Origin: Lepidodermella squamata
Lineage: Eukaryota; Animalia; Gastrotricha
DNA length: 64,000 nucleotides
NCBI GenBank assembly: GCA_047495785.1
Contig: JBLDXI010000001.1
Span: 1,736,001 to 1,800,000 of the forward strand
Direction of reading: 5' to 3'
Under the pieces are notes generated by a model. The model had not been told where the DNA came from. It searched no databases and was given only the letters and a program-made list of their open reading frames with translations. Below are positions 13,749 to 25,433 of the stretch, piece by piece. The first letter of the stretch is position 1; each line of letters begins with the position of its first letter. The position numbers and the translations under genes were made by a program.

Positions 13749-13926
13749 CGACAAAACAGCAACTTCGCAGAACAGCAAATACGACAAAACAGCAAATTTT
13801 ATATTTTGCGACAAAACAGCAAAAACTTACTATGCATTAGATGCATCGATTTTCTGCTGTTATGTCGCAAGTTGAAAAATTTGCTGTTTTGTCGCGTTTG
13901 CTGTTTCGGGTATTTGCTGTTATGAC
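13749..13926. repeat. Imperfect palindrome built from ~14-nt subrepeats
   Basis: Four (CGACA)AAACAGCAA-like units, a central ATGCATTAGATGCAT, then four inverted TTTGCTGTT(TTGTCG)-like units. Confidence 0.75.
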
Positions 13927-15331
13927 TGTCTGCCTCGGTGTAGGCTGTAGGTAGATAGAAATAATTTAATCTTCGTGCGCATTCGTGGAAAAAATCAAGC
14001 TTTGAATTGGTCACAACAACAACAGGTAGTAGAAGTAGTAGTCGTCGTAGCCAAGATAGTCAAGTCATAGTCGTATAAGCATAACCTACAGAGTGTAATA
14101 ATAACGCGACGAGGAGACAACGAGAAGGAAGGGCTTGCGTGTCCGCGTATATCCTGATTACAATTAGGTACGATGTGTTTGCGGCACTGAAAGTGTCGCG
14201 CCTATTTACCCTGTTCAACGACACGCAAACAAGCTCGAGAGGAGACTGACCGATCTAGCTGCAGATCAGCGATATAAATAGATACACTTTCGTCAGTATT
14301 ACTGCTAATAAGTAATATTATTATTATTACTGCTATTTATTACAGCCATTTTACAGGCGAGAAGGCGTTGCGCTCGGGTCTTTTGCATATTATCCATCTT
14401 CTTGACCCGGCGCAACAAAGACAATGAGAACAACATGGTAGAAAAACCCGGCTATAGGCTGCTGCTGTTGCTGCTTTTAGTGGAAAATTCTCAGTTTATT
14501 ATTATATTATATTATTTGCCAGGGGCGGAAGACAAAACAGATTTTTCTCAAGGCAATAGAGGTCGAGAGGAGAATTGTAGACGTAGTTTGATGTTGTAAG
14601 ATGAAGAAAATAGCATGATTATAGCCAACAAATGCGTGCGGTTTTGCTGTTGTTTGAACAGTATTTTATTCAGTTATTTATCCAGTTGTTGTAAAAATCA
14701 TCACAAATCACAAATACAAGAAGAGCAAGGCAAAAAGAAGTGTGTGTTGATGAATTTTTCGCGCTTTCGCTCACTCAATATTATTTCAATCGCTGTTATT
14801 ATCATTATTATATAATATAATAAAGTCATCTCTTTATACAATATACAAAAAAATCATCTGAAGAATCACATAATGCACGTGGTAAGAGGAGAGAGCGAGA
14901 GAGAGAAGTAAATTATGAGGGTCTTCTTCCACAGCTTCAATGTTAAGGTGGTTTGAGGAGACTTTTTTGTTGCATGTGCTAAAATTGATTAAAATAACAA
15001 TAAAATTCTCGAATAAATCGATAAAACAACAATAACAATACCCGCGCGCAAAACAAATGCTGCTACAACAACAAAAATCACCACCTTTTTAATTGATGAA
15101 ATAAAATATGATGTACTAGACCAACACCACCTTGTACAACAAAAACGGGTTTTGTAGAGAACAATCGACCATTGTCAAGACTTTCATTCATTCGTTCATT
15201 CATTCATTTCTGGGTCTAGGAAGAGAGCGCGTTTCTACTACTTCGTACGTACTTCAACACAAGGCAAACATAAACAATAGTTATTTTGTATGTGTGTATT
15301 TGTGTCAAAACGGAAGAATGGCGTATTGTAT

Positions 15332-16703
15332 TTAGGCTACCGAATTCGCCGTGTGGTAGCTGGGCGTCGAGCCAGCAGTGGCGCCCGGCGCCGTCTGGTG
15401 GTGATTAAGGTGGCTGGCGTGGTGGTGGTTGAGGTGCCCCATTAGATGGCCATTATTCGGCCCGGTCATTTGCCCCGTCATCGGGTACACCCCGTAAAAC
15501 TGGTCGGCGGCCGGCATCATCTGCCCAGCGCCACCGCCCTGTTGCCCTAGCATAGTATTGTTATTATGATTTTGATGCTGCTGTTGAACTTGATGTTGCA
15601 TTGACGAGTTGTTGTTGTTGTTTGACGTGGAAGATGTAGTGGTGTTGGATGAATTGAAGTTGTTCTGCGGGATTTGATGATAGTAGTGACTGTAGGCCTG
15701 GTGCGGGTCCAGGAAGCAGTCGTTGTACGAAATTAGCGATAAAAACTTTTGATCGTGCCCGGTGCCGCCACACATTTTCAGATGACAAAACGGGTTGTCC
15801 GACCCGCTCAGGTACGCCTGATAGCTATCGTGTTGCTGCTGCTGTTGTGGCTGCTCCATGTAACCGTAGTGGTGATGCGGGTGGTGCTGGTGGAGAAGGT
15901 GGTGTTGAGCATGTTGTTGTTGTTGTTGCTGATCGGTCGGCATCATGAACTGGTGGCCGCCGTTCATCATTTGCGCTTGTTGATCAGAGCCGTTGGCGAA
16001 CATCATACCGCCGCCACGGTTTAACGAGGTAGGAGTCACAGCCGGCTGGCCGTAACCGTTGCTTGGCACTGCGCCAAGTCTCGACTGTTGCTGCTGCAGA
16101 ATCGACGACAGCGAGTCTGCATTCGCAGTTTGCCCGTTTCCTAATAATCGAGAATAATTAACGCTTTAATCATCAAATTAAAAACTCAAACACGCATGAA
16201 TCATTATGAATATCGATCGATGCGTGTGTGTGACTCATTCGGAAGAGGCATATGCAATTTCCGCTCCTGAAATTCTTTATACCTAGTAAACATGGCTGCA
16301 CTTGCCACGAGTAAACTTTGGAAAGTAAACATAAACTGCTAACGGATATTGTCGCTGCCAAGCTTCACTTCTACGGGTCTTTGATTAATGCTTGTCATAG
16401 ACAACCCAAAATTTAAGACTAGGTATAATCGAAAAATGAAAAATCCTCCTTAAAAACTTTGAAATTTTATAAATTTCCCCCATTTTTTGACATTATTTAA
16501 AAAATCGAATCAACTAGCAAGTTACCCGAATATCCTGCATGATATTTCCTTCGAGAAATTAATAAATTTTGATTCCCTTAGCTTTGAAAATTATAAAATT
16601 TTGGCATGCATAACAAAAACTTGAAAAAACCTAAAAATGGTCCCTAATTTGAGGCCAAATAAAGCCAATTACAATAAGAGTGCTTTAGACCATTATGTCG
16701 TAG

Positions 16704-16750
<47 letters not shown>

Positions 16751-19516
16751 AAATAACATACCGTATGGTTTCCCAGGCATCGCTTTAGCCAATTCGGCGC
16801 CATCAGATAAGCTTGTTTGCAACGCTTGCCTCGTGTTTTTGAACTGGGAAGCAGGCAGTTGTGACTGAACTTGCTGCTGCTGCTGTTGCTGCTGAGGCGG
16901 CGGTTGCATGGGAGGTAACTGGGCTTGAGGGTTGTTCACAACTGAGGGCGGAGGCATCTGCGGTGGCATTTGAGCGACTTGTTGCGGCGGTCCCTGTTGC
17001 ACGAACTGGCGCTGTTGTTGTTGCTGCTGTTGCTGCTGGGCTATCGCGTTCGCTGCCGCGTTCGGCATGAACGAGCCCGGCGGAGGCGCCATTGGTTGAC
17101 CGGGCTGGCCCGGCTGATTAGGATTTGCGTTCGGCATCATTGGTCCACCGGGTAGAAAACCACCATTGCCCATCACACCGCCGTATTGCAGTGGGAAGCC
17201 AGGCCCCTAATCATCAAAAATAAATATTTCAATCAACATCTCACCTCAAAGTCGTTTCAAATTCAACAAATTCATTTTCAATCGATTTTTATCGATTTAA
17301 TAAAATTTCACGTCAATTTCAATCATTTTCTTTCTTTCATTTTTCGTGGAGTTTTTACTAACATGAGTGAGGAACGACGGTGGTGGAGGCTGTTGTGGGC
17401 CTCCATTTGACGAGGAAGAAACCTGCTGGCCGGGCATCTGGACCATTTGCTGAGGCGGCGGTTGGTTCTGCTGTTGCTGCGAGGCGACTTGCGCGGGTGA
17501 CTGCAACTGACTGGGTTGTTGCTGCTGCTGCTGCGAGCCGCTCGAGCCGTTCGAGGGCGAGACCTGGCCGCCAGGCCGCGGCAAAAACGACGCGCCAGCA
17601 TCGTTTGCGGGCGGCGGCACGGGCGAGGGGTAGTCCAAAATATCCCTGTTTAAGTAAAATCAGAGTTTGTTGTTATCATTTCTTCTTTTCATAATATCAG
17701 TCAGCGAACAATTTAATATCGTCATTATCATCATCATCATCGTCATAAATGCGATGGCAATTTGATTGCCATGAACATATTATACTCGCTATGTATATAC
17801 TTACTAATACACAATCTACGGATGCGCGAGTAAATATCACAGTCGAAACAACACAATAATTCCCAGGCTCCCTTCCCATTTGCATACAGAGAATATATAC
17901 ATATCTACATATATATAAGTATATATATATATATATATATCTGCTGCGTGCTGCTATTACTGTATTGCAGTATACGTGAAATGAGAGTAAACATAAGTCA
18001 GAGAATTGCCTACATAGATTCATTCTTGAGACTGCCATTTGATGACAAACAACCTTTCAAGAATAATAGTAGTAATACAACGTACACACATTTTAACTAT
18101 TGTTATGTGCTATATTATTTCTATAATAAGAAGCGTGCGCGCGATATTTATACTTATATTGCAGGCAAGCACAGAGACTAAGAGAGCTACAATAATGTTC
18201 AAAACAAAACATGGGTCGATGGATTGGTAGGCCCACTATTATTATTACTACTTTTACAATTACAATATGAGACAACCATCACATCACTGTAGAAACTAAC
18301 TAACTAAAAGGAGCCCCAAAAAGAAAAGTAGTAGTAATAGTAGTAGTCGTAGTAAGAGAACGCACAAAGCACAGCCTCATCGTTCTCCTTATTATTATCG
18401 TTTGTAATGCCCAACTGTATTGGGCATTAGTGGTGCTCATAATAAAGGAGAAACACAGACAGGCACAATGAGAATAAATTTAATTTTATAAGAGAAGAGT
18501 TTTATACAGCGTCTTCATCTTAGAGCTAGCCATTTTATTACTATATGGGCAGTGGTGGTGGTACTTAATTCTTCGGGGAGCGCACGTTGAAACAATGAAC
18601 AAACGCTACAATTTAGCAATCCAAATGATATCAAAACATCTGCTGAGTGAGATACACATATAAAACGTGATTACACGTTTATCTCTCAGGTATCGTTTGC
18701 ACCAGTAATAAAGCCAATATCTAACCTGATAAGTGAGAAAAAAAAACTAAAAGTGTACTCACCCGTCCCCGCCTTGTTCTTTCTTTCGAAGATAAACACA
18801 TTTTCGGTAAATGCAAGTTTGCTTCAGGACTTTGCGGTTGAGACAGTTCTTGCACTGGTCGCAGTTCTTGTTAACTTTACACGGGCCGCATTCACCACAG
18901 CGCTTGCGCCGCTTTAAAAAGCGGTCATCAGCGTACTGATCGATAGGAGTGCCATTCGGCGTTAGTTGCGGAGGCATAAGCATTCCTGAACCTCCTTGCT
19001 GAATTTGTAACATTTGCAACATTTGAGGTTGCATTTGACCCGGCATTCCATATTGAGGAAATTGGGACTGTTGTTGCATTGAATGAGTTTGAGTGAGCTA
19101 AAATCGGAAAATAAAATATTGCGAACTCGGGAATTACCAGAATCTCTTACCATATATGAATTGTTTCCCGCAGAACCGGTGTGAGGAACAGGACTTCCGA
19201 GCTCATCGCTAGGATTCGGAGATAATGGAGGCACAATATTTCTGGGTTGCATTTCTTGCGGCCGATTTGGAGAGCCCGGCGCGAAAAGATTTGCTGGGGG
19301 CGAGGAACAGCATGACGAAGTTGACTGTCTAGAATGATCACCGTCTTGATCGTCTAATGACTCTCGGCTGCCTTCTTTAATACTGGTTCTACTTGCTTCA
19401 GGATCACTAGCATGAGGAGGAATTGGGGCCGATTCGCCTGCGAACACGTGAGAAGTCTCCTCGTTCTCTCCATCAGGTTCCCCAGATAAGGAACCGTTGG
19501 TTTCTTCGGCATCCAT
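15332..19516 (-). CDS. CXXC-type zinc-finger protein (IDAX/CXXC4/CXXC5/TET-like finger) with long Q/P/H/N low-complexity regions; exons 19516-19151, 19097-18763, 17645-17363, 17206-16762, 16140-15332
   Basis: RRKRCGECGPCKVNKNCDQCKNCLNRKVLKQTCIYRKC has the 8-Cys short-linker CXXC pattern without KFGG. Five exons join in frame through canonical GT-AG introns. Confidence 0.85.
16706..16748. repeat. (TAA)n microsatellite in CXXC-gene intron
   Basis: About 14 perfect TAA units; explains the spurious poly-Leu end of ORF 16685-17176. Confidence 0.95.
17921..17940. repeat. (AT)n microsatellite in CXXC-gene intron
   Basis: Ten AT units read directly. Confidence 0.9.
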
Positions 19517-21723
19517 GATTTAAAATAATTAAAGCGCAAATTTAAAGGCGCAAGCAGAAAAAGACACGACCATCTGATAAAAAATTAAAATAATATACCT
19601 ATTGACAAAACAGCAAATGGTTAAATCGTAGGTAGATAAAAAGGCAAAGACATTCGCATGGCAGTTAATCTATGTGTGATTACTTACTACTGCGAATTTC
19701 ACTGCTAAGATTGTTACGCGATAAGCTATCATTATTAGTAAAAACAATCCGTATATTTAGCACATAAAATTTTACCGCAACAAGAGCAGGAGCAAAAATA
19801 AGGACAAATTTCAATATCGATTCTTTAGGCTTGGCAAGCACGAATTTACCTAAGATGAAACGGGATGTGCGTAGAAAAAATACATGGTATATCAGCTCTT
19901 AGCTCATGCTCACCATATTCTTAACAAATGACGATCACTAGATCACAAATCAAACATTCAAGTATGCATTCATTATTACGAGGCAGCTTTTGCGAGAGGA
20001 AATAGCGTATTAAACAATAATTATTTCCGGAAATTGTAAATTGCCAACATTGGCATGGCATGTCAGCCATGAAATACTGACAGCAAAATTTACAAGCTAA
20101 ATAGAAAAAATGCTCTATATTCGCAAACAGAAGCCTCCTGACAGAACGCATTTTGTTTAAAAAGCTGATTGGCACGATAGTAAATAATCCACAAAGATGC
20201 TTCCTTCGATTCGTTTCATGCTGACTGCACTAACTTCGGGGTAAATAGGGATAAAAAGAATTTCGGAATGCTAGTTGATGAAATCAAACTAGTTATATTA
20301 GAGCCATTAGCCATTTACCTCCCTATCAACAAACCAACCGAGTAATCGCAGTTTGAGGGTCGATTCGAAGCACTGCACAAGCCAGGATGAAAAAATATGA
20401 TGATCAAGTTAAGCGAGGACAATATGAATGACAAAAAATACAGCCCTGATATTAAGGCCTACATTTCTCCATGATCACGCTATGATTGGAAAAGGAATAA
20501 AAAATCGTTAACCCATAGTAGATAAACTATACATGCCCCTAATTGCAAGTTTTAGAGCTGAAAAGTAGATTAGGAGTAGTGCAATAAAGCAATGCTCCCT
20601 CATGCAGAGAGCTGCAAACAGCATGAAATCTAAGATCTTGGCTAAACAAACAGTGTCAAAATAGATGTCCTGGTTTTGCCTAGCAAAGAGAATTTAGTCA
20701 ATTTCGCGTAGCATTTAAGACCAGGTGTACTTTGGAAACTTCAAGGGTGAATATGAAAAATAGTGACCACGATGATATCATATAACAATGTTTTTCCATG
20801 GAAACATAAAATCTGCGCAGGGTACGCAGGGTAAGAGGTTAAACAGACTCTTTAAAACTCAAGAGAGACATTAAAACGAAGCGCATTTTTCATCGCCTAA
20901 TTATTTTTTCAACTTTTATTCTGTATTTTTGTATAACGTTAATAATTTATCAAGTGATGTTTATTAAGGAATCTGCATTTTTAGAAATCAGTTTGACCAA
21001 AAAAGTTGCCCTTTTTCGCAGTCGCGGCGCTAAGCGAGCCAGCGAGGCAGATAGGCGATTGCGATTTTTTGTGTCACCCTCCTGACCGAGTGGCGCAAAA
21101 AAACAATGGCAAGCTGACACGCATTTCACGCAGTCTATTGCTGTTTACCTTCATTTGGCGCGCGATTTCGATCTAAATTTGTCCGCCTTACATCTTACAT
21201 CTTTTCTCATTCCTTGTTTAGTTGTCTATTCGATAAGTCCCACTTTATCGCAATGCCCGATTTCATCTACATATTAGCTTTGGAATACCTGACCCGGGGA
21301 TAGAAGTTGGCGAACCGACTAAACAACGTGGAGAAGTGAGATAGAGATGCCTTTTCATGTGATTGAATCAAGTGGACTCAAGATACAACTTTCGCATCTA
21401 GAATAGTTAGCAACGAACGATGCACGCTGGGGTTGATTATATCTATTGGTGCTACTCGCAAAAACTTCAATAGTTTCATTTCTCTTACAAGTGAGGCTCT
21501 CTAATAAGATGGCTTTTGTGTCTTCCAATTCTGTTACTTGTTATTGCGGCATTTAGCGAGATTGTTTGATGGCTGCGTCATTTACCTAGTTCTTATTCTT
21601 ACTCCAGAAAGTTTCCCTTTCTCAAAAATACGATACACGATTTGATTGATACGTTTCGACATTGAAATTGAACTTGCTTGGCTGTTTTAATAGTGTACAG
21701 GTTATAAATGTATATATGTGTTT

Positions 21724-24700
21724 ATGGCTTCTTCTGTGAGGACGAGCACATGTGTAAACAACACCAATAATAGGCCGACCCAAGATGACGCTGCTGTAGA
21801 GTATATCTATCCAAATCATCCTGAACATTTTACTCCTAATAAACGATTTTTACCCGAAGAATTACCTGTCGAACAAGTGAGTTTCAATGATCATTTTTTG
21901 TTTACTTATCTCATGTATTCTCTTTCAGAAAATGTGGGCCCTTGAACAGAATGCTCAACATGTCGAAAGCCAACGAGAAGGCGTCGTTTTTGGCGATGGT
22001 GTTGTTCAAGCCGTTGCTGCGAACCAAAACGGTCAGATGTATATGACAAACAGCTGGACCCAAGGTACAAATCCATCTGCCCAACCTCAGTACCATGGCG
22101 CAGCAATGACTGGTTACATGATGGCTCCAGCTCCTCAAACAGCCACAAATGGCTCCGGTCCCCATAAAATGGTTACAAAAGCTGTTGTTAGTGGCAATCG
22201 TCAAAATGGCAACGGCGTTGCTGAAAACAACCAACCAAACGAGAATGGCCGAAATGGTTATTCAGATGAAGACGGTAACCATGGCAGGCAAAAAGTTGCT
22301 ATGTATAACAACGGTCGGGCGATGCAACCACATCAACAAACCCAAGCTTATGCACCGCAATATGCAATGCCCCAACAGCCCGACGGTCGAAACGCCACTG
22401 CTGAGCAGCAACAAGCCGCCCTAGCCGCTGCGGCTGCTGCGATGCAGCATTCCCAGGCTGCTCACGCTGCTGGCCATCAAACTGCTCATCAGACTGCTCA
22501 CTTCGATATGAGTGGACACAATAATTCCGGGGTTCCTCCTCAAATGCACGAGCACTATCAGCAACAAGGTGGAACTCAGATTGACTCAAATGGTATGATT
22601 GTTATGCACAAGTCTTATTGAATTTGACTTCTCATGTTTAGGCACCCCAATTGAAGTACCGTCCGCAGAAATTGCTCAACAAAATTACCTTCGTCAGCAA
22701 TACCTCATGCAACAACAGTACATGGCTGCTGCCGCCGCAGCTGTGAGTCAGCAACAACCCAACGGCCAACCCCAACTGGGCCTCATTCCGCCGGGCGCTC
22801 CTGGGGCTCCTCAACCACCTCCTGGCGCTTTTGCCGCTCCTCTCTTCGTGAACCAGGATATGCTGGGAGCTATGCAGCTAGCTCCACCGGGTACAATGTT
22901 CGCCAACCCGTACGGCGCTCCAGTTCCATGGGGATTCGCGCCCCCACCTGCCCCTGGACCATCTGGGCCTGGTCAAGGTGGTCCGCAGCAAGGTGGTCAA
23001 GGCCGAGATCAGAACGGTCAAGATCAACAGGGTCAACAGGGTGATCAAAACTTCCAGCAACACTCATCACCAACCCCAATCGTTTCCGCTGAAGGCCAAG
23101 CTTCGAACTCGGCTGCTGCTTTCCAGTACTTCTCGCAATTCTTGGCGCCTAGCGGAGGTCCGCCTGGCACTGAACAACGCCAGTTCCGCTACCCCGCTCC
23201 AAATAATGGTCAACAGCAAGGCCAGCAGAATGGAGGACCAGCTCAAGGTCCGCCGATGATGTTGGGTGCGAACCAAGGCAACTTCCGGATGCCTCAGGCC
23301 GGAGCTGCTCTGCAAGCCTCGGGCGGCCCTCAAGGCGGTCTAGCAACATCACCTATGCCTCCTAATGGCCAGCCTAACCCGAACTATGTTGCCTATCAAA
23401 CCATTTCGAACGGACCTTACAATGCTTTGGCGAATGCTTTCCAGGGTCTGACGATTAATGGCTCGCAGCAACAGCAACAGGGTCAAGGCCAGCAGCAGCA
23501 GGGCCAGAACGCCCAACAACAAGCTGCTCTAGCCGCTCTTCAGGCTAACATGCGCCGCGAGGGTATGGGCGGTCCGGGTCAAGGCGGCCAGCAGCAAATG
23601 CCGCACCAACATCAGCAATCTCCGGCGATTCGGCAGCCGTTTGCCAACCCGAATCAAGGACCGGGCGCTCATCTGGGTCTACCTCTGGGACCGGCTGTTG
23701 CAAACGCCACCTTGACGCCACCGCCGCCGAACGCTGGTGGACCTGGCGGCTTGCAGGCGGGTCTTCTCGGAATGGCGAGTTTGCTTGCCGCGGGTAGGTA
23801 CATGGCCCCGCAAGGCCCACCCCCGCCCCAAATGGGGGGTGATGGCGGTATGAAGATCCGGGCTCCGTATCAACACCCGTTGTTGCCACCAGCTTTCGCG
23901 ACTCAGAATCCGGGCCAAGGAATGGGAGGTCCACCTCACAGCCCGTTTGGTAATGCTATCCGTATGGCTAGGGCGAACGGGGGTATGCCGAACGGTCCGT
24001 CTATGCCGCAACCTGGTTACGGCCTTGGTATGGCTATGGCCCAGCCGCAGCAGTTCGGAATGCCACCAACAGGCGCCCCAGCTGCGAATGGCATGATTCG
24101 CAACGACAACAACGTGCAGCGATCTGCGATTCTCGAAGATTTCCGCAGTGGTCGACTTGTCAATCTTCAACTAAAAGACATTGCCGGTCACGTGACAGAA
24201 TTCGCTCAAGACCAACACGGCTCGCGTTTCATTCAACAAAAGCTGGAACGCGCCGCTGTACCGGAGAAACAAGCGATTTTTGTCGAATTGCTCAACTCAA
24301 CGTATCATTTGATGACAGACGTGTTCGGCAATTACGTGATTCAGAAATTCTTCGAATTCGGAACCCCGGATCAGAAGCAGGCACTAGCTCAGCGGATGAA
24401 GGGCAACGTGTTGACGCTGTCCGTGCACATGTACGGCTGCCGGGTCGTTCAAAAGGCGGTTGAATCTCTACCGACCGACCAACAGGTCGATTTGATTCAC
24501 GAACTTGAGGGTTGCGTGCTGAAATGCGTGAAAGACCAAAACGGCAATCACGTGATTCAAAAGTGCATTGAGTTTGTGAACCCGCAGTATTTGACGTTCA
24601 TCGTCGATGCGTTCAAAGGTCAAGTTCACCACCTGTCGACGCACCCGTACGGCTGCCGGGTCATTCAACGCATCCTCGAACACTGCTTGCCCGAGCAAAC

Positions 24701-25433
24701 TGTTCCGCTACTCGAGGAGCTGCACCAACACTGCGAGCGCTTAGTCACCGATCAGTACGGCAATTACGTGATTCAGCATGTCCTCGAGCACGGCAAGGTC
24801 GATGACAAGTCGAAAATTATCACGGCGCTACGCGGCAAGCTGGTTGTGTTGAGCACGCATAAATTTGCGAGTAACGTTGTCGAGAAGTGCGTGGCCCACT
24901 CGTCGCGAACCGAGCGTCAGCAGCTGATCGACGAAGTGTTGATTGCCAGCGATAGCCAACAGGGCGCGTTGTTTGCGATGATGCGCGATCAGTATGCCAA
25001 CTACGTCATCCAGAAAATGCTTGATGTTGCCGAGCCACAGCAGCGCAAAAACCTGCTCATTCGCATCCGGCCTCACATTGCCTCTCTTCGGAAGATTACA
25101 TTCGGTGAGTTGAGCTGAAAAATTTGAACAAATTTAATTTGAAAAAAATCCTCCTTAAAAATTAAAATTTTGTCAATTTCTCAAGTATCTAGTATCTATT
25201 CCATTTTTTCAGATAATAATAAACCCAATTTCGTTGCAGGCAAGCACATATTGGCAAAAATCGAGAAGTACGTGAATAAGAATCCTGAACTGAGCCAGTT
25301 GCTGCAAATGCCGCCGAGCACGCCCAACAACGGTAACAACGGGTCTGGCTCGTCGAGCGGCGTCGGCCTGGTCGGTAACGGCGGGTCGTCTTCGTGCAGC
25401 CTTGGCCCATCGGGCAGCACCTCATCGATGTGA
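21724..25433 (+). CDS. pum: Pumilio (PUF) RNA-binding translational repressor; exons 21724-21876, 21929-22592, 22642-25104, 25240-25433
   Basis: Eight PUF repeats with canonical recognition segments SRFIQ, NYVIQ, CRVVQ, NHVIQ, CRVIQ, NYVIQ, SNVVE, NYVIQ. Flanks RSAILEDFR and spliced [14 protein letters not shown]-terminal TQDDAAVEY resembles the conserved Pumilio QDDAMVDY motif. Q/G/P-rich middle. Confidence 0.96.

Noticed and set aside
13749-13926. CRISPR-like appearance of short spaced repeats
   Set aside because: Eukaryotic context, units too short and inverted, no unique spacers of regular length, no cas genes.
13035-15335. Short ORFs in the AT-rich region between EVI5 and the CXXC gene
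   Set aside because: Low-complexity UTR-like sequence with simple repeats; no splice or motif support.
18405-18429. Perfect 10-bp hairpin TAATGCCCAA-CTGTA-TTGGGCATTA in an intron
   Set aside because: Isolated, with no Helitron-type CTRR end or other context; may be chance.
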